DNA of 64,000 nucleotides from Yuukianura sp. NJ FZ-2021 (GCA_046563655.1 CM102283.1:1302001-1366000); one strand, 5' to 3'. Shown: positions 1 through 16,104, counted from the first letter of the stretch. Notes: generated by a model not told the origin, from the letters alone. Translations and numbers: made by a program.

Positions 1-324
1 TTTCTAGGACACCTCATACCGAAAAATATTCGTTTTTGGCCAAAATTTGGCTCAATAACTACAATTTTCTCAAAAACCCCCAAATATTTAGTAAATATTT
101 CTTATTTTCAAAAATATTTATAAAAATTAATATTTAAAATATTGATAAAAAATATTTTTTGGGACTCTGGTAATTATAAAGAGACAATGAGTAAAGAGCA
201 TAATAATTCAAAGAAATTGGTGGATTTAAGGTTTACCGATGTCCAAAGTAAAAGTTCGGACACTACATCAATTTGGCACATCAAAATAGGTGGAAGTATC
301 TGGCAATATCAGTATCCACTTCTA

Positions 325-419
325 TCCAGCCATTTCTTCCGGATAAAACCGAATGAACTATACTATCCACTGGATGTCCACTGGACAAAACGTCAAAAAA
401 TTGATATCCAGCAACTCTG
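325..419 (-). mobile_element. Terminal fragment of a dispersed MITE-like repeat (end CAGwGTTGCTGGATATC)
   Basis: Reverse complement aligns with 9622-9690 (tggac..aa.gtcaaaaaa.t.gatatccagcaac.ctg and ccatttcttcc shared). Confidence 0.5.
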
Positions 420-800
420 TCTAATACCTCTCAGAATGGATGACACTTGACATTAAAAAAAACTTGACACGTAGTCCAATTGATTTTTTTTATCGAAATT
501 TAGTCTGGGTAGACTAATCTATTTGTTCAAAGTTCACTCAAATTAGACCGTTTCAGTGCCTCAACTTTAACAATTTGTATGCAACCTATACTAAAGTGTG
601 GAAAAGGAAAACAATAATCTTGTGGGATACTGATATGACAGGAATTCTCATAAGAGTTCAATATCACAAGACCGATCTCACCAAGATCAAGGTCTCATGA
701 CGTCGAAGAGCTCCGCGTTTTGACGAGTGTCACTTGATTTCACACACATTAGTTTGCAGCAAGGCCGGTTACTCCAACTCAAAAGTTGTTAAAATTGGCA

Positions 801-3269
<2,469 letters not shown>

Positions 3270-3733
3270 AACAATTCTATCATGCCTTTTTTGAAACTGT
3301 CCAAGAAGCAACAACATTATAGAAAAAAGAATTCAAAAATTTGAACATTAAAAATTCAAAAGCGTTCCATAAAATATTGAGATCAGACACAGTATTTATT
3401 AAGTGTGTGCAGAAGCTACTTTACGCATCGGCCTTTGTCTGTCTGTCGGCCCGGTCGGCATTAATTGGAAAACTAGACAGCTGATCACGATTTACAATTC
3501 TGTCTACATGTAAGTAAAACTTCCGCGACAGAAATTTCAAACTCGAAAAGTGACACAGCGACAGTGTAGGTTGGTGGCACGGGCGAAGTGAGAGTTGTAT
3601 TTTTTCCCAACCAAAGAAAAACTTGTTCTTCAGAAAACTTACTTTTCTTTACTTAATAACTTTACTTACTTAAACTTTCCAAGTTCATTATGTCGCAAAA
3701 GTAACTACTAACTAATCGTCCGTTACGTTTAAA

Positions 3734-5203
3734 CTAATGCATTTCTAAAATTTTGTCAGGTTGCCACTTAAACATAATTAGAAGATCAATTGTCCTTATT
3801 ATCAAGAATTGGGCAAAGTAAGGAAATGTTACCCGTGAAATGGATTGTGAAAAGATGGAAAGAGCAAGTGGCTTAAAACTTTTAGCCATTTTTCTGGAAT
3901 AGCGTCCAAAACGTCTAGTACTTCTGTAGTCTACAGGATATCTAGTTGAAACTGTAAGTAGATCAGATGCAAATGTGAGTATTGACCGAAACGTTATAAC
4001 AGTAACAAAACATATTCCGAGTGCTGACAGTGACAACCAAACGCCACAATCTTTAAAGCAATAAATGACACAAAATATGTAGATGGGAATGACAGCGACC
4101 ATTTCAAATACAATAAGAGACCGCCAATTTTGAATATCAACTGCCCGGTTGAACAGCAATTGAATGACACGGTACATCAATCCGAACTTCGGATTCCCCT
4201 TCTGGTATAGGATTCCATGATGGTTATCAGCAGTATCCTTGATGCTCATCTGCAATCTGTTAATGTTTGGTATCTTTACAAGTGTATGACTTACTTAATA
4301 TTCGTCATTTTTTATGTAATTTACCGTAATTGTTCTAAAAGGTTCCGGCACCACTTGACTTGTGCTGATAGATAAATTATAAGGTGGACGTAAAAGAAGT
4401 CAAGCAGGAATGTGACAAACATACCGGTAGTGACACAGATAAAACCCAGGAGATATTGCTTTCCAAAGGCTTTCATGATTTCATTTTTGATAGCCGCAAA
4501 GAAATGAACGTCACTTTCTGCTAGAGCGAACACACCAAACGGAAGGCTAGCCAGAGCAAATGGCGCAATGAGTAGACAAATTTTACCGTAAACTTCGAGA
4601 CCATCATGCTCAAAATACGACTCTGGAAGTACATCTCCTATTATTTATAAGATGAATAAAATATCAAAAATAATATTTGTTATACAAAGTACTAATAATA
4701 TCATTAAATTAACATAAAAGAATAAGCATACCCAAGGATCTCGTAATTTCTGAAATGCTGGCCACTGTAGAGTAGATGCTTTTGTGTTTGAACAGAAAGA
4801 ACAGTTGAAAGGAAACAAGTTGAATAATAATACAGGATACTGTGAATGCAAATATTCTATGGGGAATTCTTAAGTCCGGCGTGAAGAGGTCATATTCCGC
4901 AATGAACATAAGTGATCCCATGTGCACCATAATTAAGATCAAGGCTGTTAAATTTGATAGGATTTGCTGGTATTTGTTACCGCAGGCTATTTCTAACGTA
5001 ACCGCGACATTGCTGACGTTGCCGACCTTGGTTTTGTTGAAATCAATACTAGTGAAGTTGGCCATTTTGACGTTGTAAGCATTGACATTGTTGATGCTGC
5101 TAACCCTAACTGTGTTAACGAGTGACAATTTGTAAACCGAAAGCCCTGTATAGTACCCAAAGTTACCCAAGTACTTCAAACAGGTCAGCGTGAACTGTGA
5201 CAT
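3734..5203 (-). CDS. Divergent gustatory-receptor-like 7TM chemoreceptor, 3 exons (cluster A copy 1)
   Basis: Exons ~5203-4732, ~4639-4324, ~4257-3734; several hydrophobic helices; C-terminal KSFKPL...FLIIRTIDLLIMF typical of GR-superfamily TM7; paralogue directly upstream. Confidence 0.75.
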
Positions 5204-6640
5204 TGTTACGTATGGTGTTGAGAGATTATTGAAACCTATTGCGTTGTTCTTAAAAAACTAAAAAGCTCTTGCATATTTTTTGTTTCTGACTTTGAAATTG
5301 CTGCAGCGCTTTTTTTATATTGTCAAATCGTTGAGCAAGAGGCCAAATCAAATAAACTGATTGATTGATTGATTTATATTGTCAAACATAGTTCTCAGGA
5401 GTTTGATATTTTCGACAAAAAAAACATAAATTCAAGGAAACAAGTTTCATATTTACACTGCTGTTGCTGTAGCTGTGTTCGCAAATTCCCTTCATAATTT
5501 ATTTTGAACGTAATCTTTTGTTGAAACAGTTTGAAAACGGTTTAGGCAATACTATACCGCCCGATTACAGGTAACTAACGAGGCGCGGGAGTTTTAAGAT
5601 AATTTTCCCTGTTTTCATGTATTTTAACTTATTCAACGTTTTTGAAGAAACATTTTGGGAAAATTTTCAAGAAAAACAGCAGCAAGTGAAACGGGAGTTG
5701 ATTTTTTGACGATTAATTTTTGTGAACATGTTTAAACCATAAAAAGGTTTCAGATTATTATCTAGATAAATTCGCAAAGCCATCAAAAATTTAGCCTTTA
5801 TATTACTGGCATGGACATTATTCGTCTACTGAACAAACGTAAATTTTAGTTACCAGGCGTTTTCTAGTAGCGAACCTAATCATCCTTACATCGTTGGAAG
5901 AAGCTTTACGTGGCAGAATAAAATATTACGACTTGCAACAAATGTTCAAAAGCTTGGAGAAAAAACGAAATTTGAGACAGAGTTAATGGACAATACAGAA
6001 CTGACCAATAAAAAAAAAGATGTAATGTAAAACTGTCTGAATTGTAAAACATTTGAAACGGAAAAGCAACAATATTTCAGTAAGATTTAATTTGAAAGTT
6101 TTTAACTTGAAAACTTTACTTTCAAACTCCAAAACAAAAAAATTTCCGGAAAACATTGCGTTGTGAATAACTTGTTATATCTTGTTTTTTTGAATCCGTC
6201 CGTTTTCCCAATTCGAAATATTTTCGACTGGGATGAGTTTCGTTTTCTGTTGAAATTGACAACCTTTTTTCAGCAGTTCCAATCTAAAACGCCTGATATG
6301 TACTTCCTTCAGTGCTTTTCCACGAAGTGAATACAAAAGTCAACAACATTCATTTAAATTTGCTATGCTGGAAGTCATTTGCTTTTTGTGACTCTTAAGC
6401 TTGTTATCCATGATTTAATTTGGGACCGATAATCATGTGACTGCTCAAATAAAACTGAAATGCGCGTTTGCAGTTTCATTCAGGCACTTTTTGAATCACA
6501 AAATTTGTAACTTGTTAACTCCAAATTAGTTATTTTTACTATTCAAGTTCATTGTGTTGCAGCTATAAATACTAGCAAGTTACGAAAAAATACAATCGAT
6601 TTCTAAAATTTTGTTTTAATTTCTACGTGTAGACGAAGTC

Positions 6641-9166
6641 TTAAATTGAACCCAAAGGTTTCCACTGAAATAAAATTAAAAGATCGACAGTTCGTATGAT
6701 CAAGAATTGGGCAAAGTACGGAAACGTTTCCTTTGAAATGGGACGTGAAAGGATAGAAAGCCCGAGTGGCTTAAAACTTTTAGCCATTTTTTTTGAGTAG
6801 CGTCCAATACGTCTAGTACTTCTGTAATCTACGGGATATTTAGTTGAAACAGTAAGTAAATCAGATGCAAACGTGAGTACTGACATAAAAGTTACAAGAG
6901 CAAGAGAACATATTCCGACTGCTGACAATGACAACCAAATGCCACAATCCTTAAAACAAAAAATGAGACAAAATACGTAGATGGGAATGATAGCAACCAT
7001 TTCAAATACAATAAGAGACCGCCAGTTTTGAATATCAGCTACCCGTGTGGCTAGCAATTGAATGGTGCGGTAGATTAACTCAAAGTTCAAATTGCCGTTC
7101 CGGTATACTAGGATATCGTAGGGGCGGCAATCAGCGGTAGTCTTCATGTTCATATGAAATCTGTTAAAGTTTTGCGTCTTTACAAGAGTTTCTAAGATTT
7201 GTTGTTTTTTTTAGGTATGTTACCGTAATTGTTCTAAAAGATTCCAGCACCACTTGACTTGTGCTGATAAATGGATTATAAGATGGATGTAAAAGACATC
7301 ACGTGCAAATGTGACAAGCACAACGGTAGTGACACAGCCAAGACCAAGAAGATATCGCTTTCCAAAGGCTCCCATGATTCCATTTTTGATGCCTACAAAG
7401 AAATGAATGTCGCTTTCCACTAGAGCTACCCAACCAAAAGGTAGCGTCCATAGAATAAGTGCTACGAGAAATATATACATTTTTAAGTAAATTTCGAGAC
7501 CATCGTGCTCGAAATACGCCTTTGGAAGGACATTTCCTAGACATGGAGGAATAAAATACTTTTTATATGAACATAATACAAATATAATATAATTATAACT
7601 AAATAATAACTATAATAATATAATTATAACTAAATAATAACTATAATAATATAATTATAACTAAATAATAACTATAATAATATAATAATACATAATAAAA
7701 ATACTTAAGGATCTCGTGATTTCTGAAATGCCGGCCAACGTAGAGTAGATACTTTTGTGTTTGGACAAAAAGAACGTTTTAAGGGAAATCAATTGAACTA
7801 TAGTACATATTACTGTGAATGCAAAGATTCTGTATGGGGTACTTAAACCAGGCGTAGAAAGGTCATAGGTCACGATGAACATAAGTAGTTCCATGTGCAC
7901 AAAAATTAAGATCAAGGCTATTGCATTTGAAAGGATTTGCTGGAATTTGTTACCATGGTCTATTTCTAAAGTAACATTACCATTGTCGATTTTGACATTG
8001 TTTACGTTGACATTGTTGACGTTGCTGACTTTTGTTTTGTTGAAATTGACACTATTGACGTTGGCAGTTTTGACGTCGTTGGCCTTGACAACGTTGGCGT
8101 CGTTGACCGTACCCTCCTTAATTAGTGACAATTTGTAAACCGAAAGCCCTGCGTAGTAACCAAAGTTACCAAAGTACTGCAAGCAGGGGACTATTTCACC
8201 ACTTTACAGTTTTCACTTTTCAATAATCACTCCGCAGTTTTCAATTTTTGCAAATTGAGGATGAGGAGCGTTTCACCATAACAAATTTCCTTCCGCAGTT
8301 TTCAACCTTTTTTTTTTGAAAAGTGAGGAAGAAAAACTGAGCAAAATGAAGAGTGATGAGTGATGACTCTTCATTTACGTCTCGTAAATATGGATATTGC
8401 ACTACTGCAAATCGAAACTTTAGGTCCAAGTAGAACTTGGTGACCGGGTATGGGAAACCGTCCGTTAGTGAACGCCCATTAGTGACTGTCAATTGGAGAC
8501 TATGCATTGGCAACCGTCGTTTAGTGACCATTAGGATATCGGCCCAACAGTGACCGTTACCCCTTACCTTAAGGTGACCTTCGAAACTCTACAGTCGCTC
8601 TATGTCAGGAATAATTCCCGGATCCTTATGGACAGTAACTTATGGAGCTATACAATTATGAACGGACCCTTATGCACACAGGAAGCCTCCGTAGTTTCCC
8701 AAGGAGGATGTCCCCCGGGTCTGGACAGGGTGTGTGTGTGTGTCAATTTGACAAAATTTTAGTGAAAATTTGTGTAAAAAGCTTATTAGTAAGTCAATTT
8801 CAATCGTTAATATAACATCTCATGACCAAACAGCTTAGTAATGGACGGCAACTCATAAGAATCAAGCACTTTTCAACCTTTGAAGAAGCCCTCGACCTTC
8901 TTCAAAAAAAATTGAAAAGTGCAAAACTTTTCAAACTTTTTGTTGCCAAAGAAAAAGCAGTGAAACACTCTTCACTCTTTTTTAGTGAAAATTTCCTCAA
9001 TTTTCACTTTTCAAAATCAATCCCCAATTTGCAATTTTCACTTTTCAACGTTGTTATGGTGAAATACTCCACTCCTCAATTTTCTCGAAAACATGAAAAT
9101 TGAGGAGAAAAAAGTGCAAAATGAAAAGTGGTGAAATACACCCCAGGTCAGCGTGAACTGTGACAT
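6641..9166 (-). CDS. Gustatory-receptor-like chemoreceptor (cluster A copy 2), coding sequence interrupted by a transposon after codon 7
   Basis: High similarity to 3734-5203 in all exons; the start MSQFTLT lies at 9146-9166 and the continuation CLQYFGNFG at <=8186, separated by the 8187-9143 insertion. Confidence 0.75.
7583..7690. repeat. AT-rich minisatellite, ~31-bp unit (tataataatataattataactaaataataac) x~3.5, intronic
   Basis: Direct tandem copies visible; absent from the equivalent shorter intron of the paralogue (4640-4731). Confidence 0.85.
8187..9143. mobile_element. Non-autonomous DNA transposon, PIF/Harbinger-like, 957 bp, 3-bp TSD CAG
   Basis: TIRs GGGACTATTTCACCACTTT / AAAGTGGTGAAATACACCC; CAG duplicated at 8184-8186 and 9144-9146; subterminal IR tttcaccataacaa (8271) / ttgttatggtgaaa (9051); empty site seen in the paralogue (~5181). 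Confidence 0.9.
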
Positions 9167-9270
9167 TGTTTGGTATTGTATTGAGAAAAAATTGAAAATC
9201 ATTGTGTTGTTCTTAAAAAAAATAAACCACAGTTCTATGGAGGGAGTTCGGTGGCAAAATTATTTTAAAG

Positions 9271-9457
9271 TTTCGCGCGTTAAAACATGTTCCGCCAGTT
9301 AAAAACTAACGTTTTCGCGTATTACTTTAATGCGCGAAAACTTTTTTTAATTGCAGTAATTTTAATTGCAGAAAAATTTTAACGCGCGAAAAAGTCTAAG
9401 CGTACGTTAACGGAACGTACGCTTAGGAAACGTACGCTTAGAAAACTCACGCTTAGA
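9271..9457. repeat. Nested short inverted repeats (tttcgcgcgttaaaa / ttttaacgcgcgaaa; ctaagcgtacgtt / aacgtacgcttag x2-3), probable MITE remnants
   Basis: Palindromic arms read directly from the sequence. Confidence 0.5.
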
Positions 9458-9621
9458 ATGCATGTCCAATAGAAATCACATTGCCAGAACTGATCAGAAT
9501 TAGTATTCTGTAAATTATTATTTATTGTCTATTATTATTTATTATTTATTATTTATTGTAAACTATAAAACACTTCTTTTCTCATATGCTTTGTAAAGTT
9601 TTCAAAAATGTGTAGCCCCAT

Positions 9622-9690
9622 ACAGTGTTGCTGGATATCCACTTTTTTGACATTTCGTCCACGGCTGGATATCCACAGGAAGAAATGGAC
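9622..9690 (+). mobile_element. Terminal fragment of the same MITE-like family as 325-419
   Basis: Begins TA|CAGTGTTGCTGGATATCC; matches 325-419 in inverted orientation. Confidence 0.5.
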
Positions 9691-9959
9691 GAATCCAAAG
9701 GGTGCAGATTTGCCCGCGGGGTTTGAAATACTTAAATCCAAAAAACTTAAGCAATTCAAAATACCGTACAAAAACAAAGGAAATGTCGTTTTTCTAAGAG
9801 TTTTAAATAAATACTTAGTTTTAGCAACAAAAGAAACTCTTTTTGATCTTTTTCGTCCACTCGTCTCTGCAACCTAAAAATTTGAGATTAAACAAATCCA
9901 TTAGGAACAATTCCGGAATTACCTCTCACCCGCAACTTCTCATTAGTATATAACAGATT

Positions 9960-11448
9960 TTAAAATTTACGATAGTAGAGGATAAATGTGATTGTATTGT
10001 TTGCAATGGCATCAACAATTATGAAAATGCTCATATATGAAATAGTGTACACGTGACAGCCTTCTACTTTGCATGGACGGATCGCTTTCAAGGATTTTCT
10101 GTAGTACAACTTTCGTTCCTTACGCAGCCTACCGTTCCAAGCAAAATTTTGGCGCCATTTTTCAATCCACTTTTCCGACTTGGTGCGAATGGAAGCCGCG
10201 TTGAGATAAAATCTAAGCGTGCCCAGGAGACTACACAATGCAAAGAGCAATAGACTAATTGCCAGCACGGCCGATTCTTTTTCTACAACGCTGAATCCAA
10301 ATGCCATTGTGACATTTACCATTCCAATCAATGTTAAAAGTGCAATGATTTTGTTGTGAGCGATATTGAACAGACCAATCAGGATGCGGAGACAGTTGAA
10401 TCGTGATAGGTTAAAGGTAGTACATTCCAGAACATGATTGGATAGCACCGAGTACGACATAACAAAAATTGACATTTGCGCAATTGCAGTATATACTTTC
10501 ACTAATGAGAAATATACTGCCCATCCACCGACAAGTTCGCTCACTATTGCAAAAAAACTGACGACATTATGAGGAAGTGGAATAAAAGGGAAAAAAACTT
10601 TGTTCAAAATTTTGACAACTAAAAGTGCATCGTTGTGGTAGAGAATTAGAGAGGCAACCATGACCACATTCAAAAAGCCAAACCACGTTACATCGATCCA
10701 CAGCATTTTTGAAAAGTTTGTTGTCAGTAGGTCACTCCAATAGCTTTTCGTTTCTGAAAATTTCAAAAAAAAAAGTTTTCATTGAAAATTCCAAGTATAG
10801 AAGATGTGAACATTATTTCTAACACAGAAAATGGTCATGTTTGAGTTCGAAGGTCCGAACTTGAAGTACTAGTGAGCATCAGCTAAAAGAGTACACTCAT
10901 ATTTTGTTTCCATAGAAACGAGTTAAAACTTATATAAACATAAGGGGAACGCAAATTCGAAATTGAAAATTTAGTTCTGTTATGAAGGAATTTTGAAAAT
11001 GCGTTATTTCACTCGTATCCAATCCACAGTTTCGAAATTAAACAAATAACTGACTTTTGCGTTATAATATTACAATCCTATTATATATTTTTAAAAATTA
11101 TCAACCTTTGTCAGAAATGATAGCATAATGAATGGAATTGAGCACTTGTAGACGTTCTAGTGCGTTCGCATTGCCTGTAATGTCAAATACGAGAACCATT
11201 ACTGCAATAGGGATTAAAAAATGAACAAATTTTTCCGCAGATGAACTGAACTCAAAGCGTTTAAACAGAATGTAGACGATGATACTGCTCAGTACGAAAC
11301 AAAAGTCGGCAAAAATCCAAAACCGATACATTATATTGTACTTTCGTGAAGTATCAATTTTTCCTGTTTTAGTTCCATTTCGTGAAACTTTGAGTGGAGA
11401 GTTATACGTTATGTTTGAAAAGTTTAAAATTTGGTAGTACAGTTCCAT
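9960..11448 (-). CDS. Divergent gustatory-receptor-like chemoreceptor, 2 exons (cluster B copy 1)
   Basis: Exon 1 MELYYQILNFS..ISDK|GT (~11106), exon 2 from ~10753; multi-TM; C-terminal KAIRPCKVEGCHVYTIS...NNTITFILYY. Confidence 0.75.
10871..11048 (+). mobile_element. Degenerate copy of the Tc1/mariner-like MITE at 52779-52993 (intronic)
   Basis: agtgagcatcagctaaaa..tacactc.tattttgtttcc.tagaaacgagtt...ccacagtt.cgaaattaaacaa is collinear with the intact element. Confidence 0.75.
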
Positions 11449-12739
11449 GGTGACCTCAGTTTTATTACTGCGGAGACAATTGCAAACTGAAAAGTTGAAA
11501 AACTTGAGGTTTTGTGTTTTAAAATAAAAGCCCAAAACTGTCCTTGATCTTAGTCGTCAACTGTATTGTTTCAATTTACAAAATTACATGGCATTAGAAC
11601 ATCCGGAACTATGCACATCATGTTATTTCTTATTAGGTGGTTTTTTGAAATTTGGTGTCATCATTTTTTTGTGGATATTTCAGATACTCAGACAAAAAAG
11701 ATGAAAACATTTTTTTTCCATAAATAAGCTAAATTGGTTCATCCTTTTTGGTGTTTTTATAATTTGAATATGCAAAACCTTTTTAAGAATGTTCTTCCTA
11801 TTTTGAAAACGGGCGGGACGCTAAGTTTACCCTGGTTTGCAATTTTTTGTAAACTTTCTTTTTGGAAACCATTTACATTTCAAGGACTTACAAAATTGTT
11901 TCCTAGATTGATAAACAACTTCTAAACAAAACCGTAGTTTAAGCTTTAAAATGTCATGTACCGAGTGCTCCATAGTGTACATAAGTGTACATAGTGTACA
12001 TATTTAACTAAGCTTTCGAAATTTTAAAGTGTCTATATATGAAATTTTTTCTTTGGAATATTTCACAGACTTTGGAGTTATTTGAAATCATAAAAAACTG
12101 AAGCGATGTGGCAACACTAAAATTAATAAGGCAAGAGAAACTCTGACTTTGCAAATAGCTTTTCTAATATTTTTCTAACAGTGAAGTGAAACTATGACTA
12201 GCATGTGTTAATATTATATATTATATTGTTAATATTTATGTCAAACTATTTTAAACAGCTGTAAAAGATACTCTGAAGTGAAGCACAATGGAGTTCAATG
12301 AAGTGCACTATGTTGACACGTAACGAGAAAATAGAAAAATTTCAAATCAAGGACGGCAAATGTATTTTATTGACAAAAATTACATTTTTTATGAATAAAC
12401 TGAAAGTTATATTGACCTTGAATCGAATCAAATGAACTTTGCAACTTTCATTTAACGAAAGTCATAGATCTTTAGTACTCATTCTTAGGAATCCAAAGCA
12501 TACTGCGCATGCTTACTGGGGCTTCGCCTTTTCCTGTTCGTTTGTTATTATTTTTTAACATATCAAATATCCTTTTCCAAAATACACTACAAGGTTAGAA
12601 GTTAAGTTGTATTTTAAAGAAGTTTAGCGCAAAAATCATCACTACAAGCTAAACATTTAAGATTAAACTAATCATTTAGGAACAATGCAATTCCGAAACT
12701 CCCTCTCACCTGTAACTTTGTATTAGTATGTAGCAGATT

Positions 12740-14195
12740 TTAAAATGTACGATAATAGAGAATAAATGTGATTGTATTGTTTGCAATGGCATTAACAATA
12801 ATAAAAATGTTCATGTACGAAATTGTGTACACGTGACAGCCTTCTACTAAGCACGGACGTACCGCTTTCAAAGATTTTCTGTGGTACAGCTTTTGTGCCT
12901 TGTCCAGCCTAGTGTTCCAAGCCAAATTTTGGCGCCATTTCTCAATCCACTTTTCTGATTTGGTGCGCATTGCAGCCGCACTGTCATAAAACCTAATCAT
13001 GCCTAAGATACTCCAAGTCGCAAGCAGCGATAGACTAATACCCAGCACGACCGATTCATCCACAACGCTGAATCCAAATGCCATTGTGGCATTTACCACT
13101 GCATTCAGTGTTAGAATTGCAATAAGGTTGCCATGGGCGACATTGAACAGACCAATGAGCATACGGAGACAGTTGTAACGTGATTGGTTAAAGGTAGAAC
13201 GTTCCAGAATATGATTAGATAGCACAAAGTAAGACATTTCAAAAATGGATATTTGCGCAAACACAGTGTATAGTTTTACGGCTGAAATGTATATTGCCCA
13301 TACGCAGCCAATTTGACTCAGTATTGCAGAAAATGTTACGAATTCAAGTGGAAGTTGAACGGAAGGAAAGAATACTGTGTTTAAAATCTTGACAAATAAA
13401 AGAGCATCTTTGTGGTAGAGAATTACAGATACGATTATGAACGAATTCAAAAATCCAAACCACGTTCCATGGATCCACAGTATTTTTGAAAAGTTTGACG
13501 TTAGCAGGTCATTCCACAAGGTTCTAGTATCTGAAAATTTAAGAAAACAATTTTTTTTAGCTCAAAGTGCACTTTTGGTATATGCGTTTTGTATTAAATG
13601 TATTATATAGCATTGTACATATAATATAGATAATATGTGTATTATAATCACACAGTTAATTTGCATAACTAAAAAAGTCTGGGGAGTGACGTCACAGATT
13701 TGGAATTGACCAATCGCGGGAGCCGTTACAAAGCGGACAAAAGGAGGCGGGGCTTCCTAAAATCCATACTTTTCACAATTTTCAAAACTTTTGTATAAAA
13801 AAAACGGTCTAAAAATGTTAACTCTATACTATATTTTATAAAAATTATACACCTTTGTTGGAAATGATAGCATAGTGAATGGAATTGAGTACTTGAAGAC
13901 GTTCTAGGGCCTTTGTGTTTCCAATAATATCAAATATGAGAACAATTATTGCAATGGGAATTAAAAAGTGAACAAATTTTTCAGCAGATGAACTGAGTTC
14001 AAAGTGTTGAAACAGAATGTAAATCATGATACTGCCCAGTACGAAACAACAGTCAACCAAAATCCACAACCGATACATAATATTGTAAGTGCGCGAAGTA
14101 TCAATTTTTCCGGTTTCAGTTCCATTTCGTAAAACTTTGAGTCGAGAGTTATAGGTTAGATTCGAAAAGTTCAAAATTTGGTAGTACAATTCCAT
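12740..14195 (-). CDS. Gustatory-receptor-like chemoreceptor, 2 exons (cluster B copy 2)
   Basis: Paralogue of 9960-11448 with the same intron position; ORFs 13845-14195 and 12740-13530. Confidence 0.75.
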
Positions 14196-14690
14196 GCCGA
14201 CCTCTGGTTTACTACTGAGGAGAAAATTGCAAACTGAAAAGTTAAAACTACTGTGCTATTTTACCATTAAAATGCTTTTATTGAAAAATTGGCCTTGATC
14301 TTATTACCTTAAACTATTGTTTGCTTTTTCGTTCCAAATCTATTTAAAAAAATTTACATCGATTTAACAATAAAATACCACGCGTACATACATTTTGTGG
14401 TTTTAGAAGGAAAGTTTTGTAAAGAAGACAGCACAGTTCGTGTTTTTCGGCTTTTAGAATTCAAAAAAGTTAAACTTGTTTAAAATATTAAAGTTACCTC
14501 AATAGGCGTAGTGTCCTTGTGAAGTTTTTCTTTGCAATCATAAAAAAAATGAGGCGATGACATGGCAAGACTGGGATCAATAAGATGTGAAAAATTCAAT
14601 AACGCTGAGAACAGCTTTAACATATTTTTTTAACAGCGAAATGAATAGCTTGACTATCACGTAATTATTGTGTACTTTAAGCATCTGAAA

Positions 14691-15487
14691 CTACTTACAA
14701 TAAGCAATAAATGTAATGGCATTGTTCGCAATTGTGTTAATTATGATGGAAACATGTACGTACGTAATAATATACATATGACAAACTTCTACTCTACATT
14801 CACGAAGTGAGTTAAACGTTTTTCCCATGTAGATCCTTTTTGCTCTGTTACGCTCCCCGCTCCATGCAAAATGTTGGCGCCATTTGTAAATCCACTTTTG
14901 GGAATTGGCTCTTATGGCAGCCGCAGTGCCATAAAAGTTGAGCAGCCACAACAATGCTAACGTTGCAAATAGCACCAAACTCCCAGCGAGCACGGCCGAT
15001 TCGTCCAGAACGCTGAATCCATATGCCATTGTAACATTTACGACTAAATTCAGCGTCAGAATTGCAATGAGGTTGCGATGAGCGTCGTTGAATAGACCAA
15101 TCAGAAGACGGAGACGATTGAACCCCAATCGGTTAAAGTCAGTTTGTCCCAAAATGTGATTTGAAAGAGCCGTGTATGCCGTAACAAAAATTGAAATTTG
15201 AGCAAGTGCGGTGTAAACCTTGGCTCCTGAAATTGCAATAGCAACTACTGCTCCAATTTGACCAAAAGTTGCAGAAATTGTTACGACTTGTGGTGGAAAT
15301 ACTATAAAAGGAAGCACAAGTTTGTTCAAAATTTGGATGAGTAAGATAGAATCTTGATAGAATCTTCTTGATACATGATGTAGATCCCGGTAACAAAAAT
15401 AATTAGAGTTGTCGCCCAAATTCCATGAATCCAAATCATTTTTGATAAGTTCAATGTGAGGAGGGTTTTCCACAGATGTTTGGTGGC
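14691..15487 (-). pseudogene. Chemoreceptor pseudogene (cluster B copy 3): exon 2 only, frameshifted
   Basis: Homologous to exon 2 of copies 1 and 2; an 11-bp tandem duplication gatagaatctt (15345-15366) breaks the frame; no MELYY-type exon 1 before the PAQR3 3' end. Confidence 0.7.
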
Positions 15488-16104
15488 TGAAAATTTGTTA
15501 AAATGATAAAAATTGCGTAGTTAAGGCAATGCTATTATACATGTATTATGCATATATATAAGAGTCTTGTCACTAGAGATAATTTAAATGAAACTTGTAA
15601 AACTATAAAGTAGCTTCACTTCATGTATTTCACCCAAACTATCCCAACGAAGCTGCGTTATATTTCTCTGAAGTAGTATGTATTGTACTTTTAGTATAAT
15701 ATATATTATACATTTGCATACATATAATATACTTATATTGTATATACCTTTGAGCTGAAACTAAATACTACACTACGCTAGACAAAATCTAAGTTGGCCC
15801 AGTAAAATTCTTTCAAAAAATAAACTGGTTCTTGCCGGAATTCCACCTTACGAAATCAAAACTAAGTATTTTTTATATTAATAGTAACATAATCTAACAA
15901 CATAATTTATACACAGTTGAGTGAAATTGGGTGGAAGTATTTGGACTAACCTAGTCAGGGTCTAATCTAAACTAGATCTATTTCTTTCCTAAACTTTCTT
16001 TGAGTTAAATTGCGGTGTGTCAATGGTATTGCCGACAGTTTTGTGAGCATTTTTTAACATCGACTGAACGTGACTAAATTTGGCGCCAAATGTTTTGAGT
16101 ATTT

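Noticed and set aside
8241-9103. Short ORFs inside the Harbinger-like element
   Set aside because: No DDE transposase or Myb/SANT motifs recognisable; element treated as non-autonomous.
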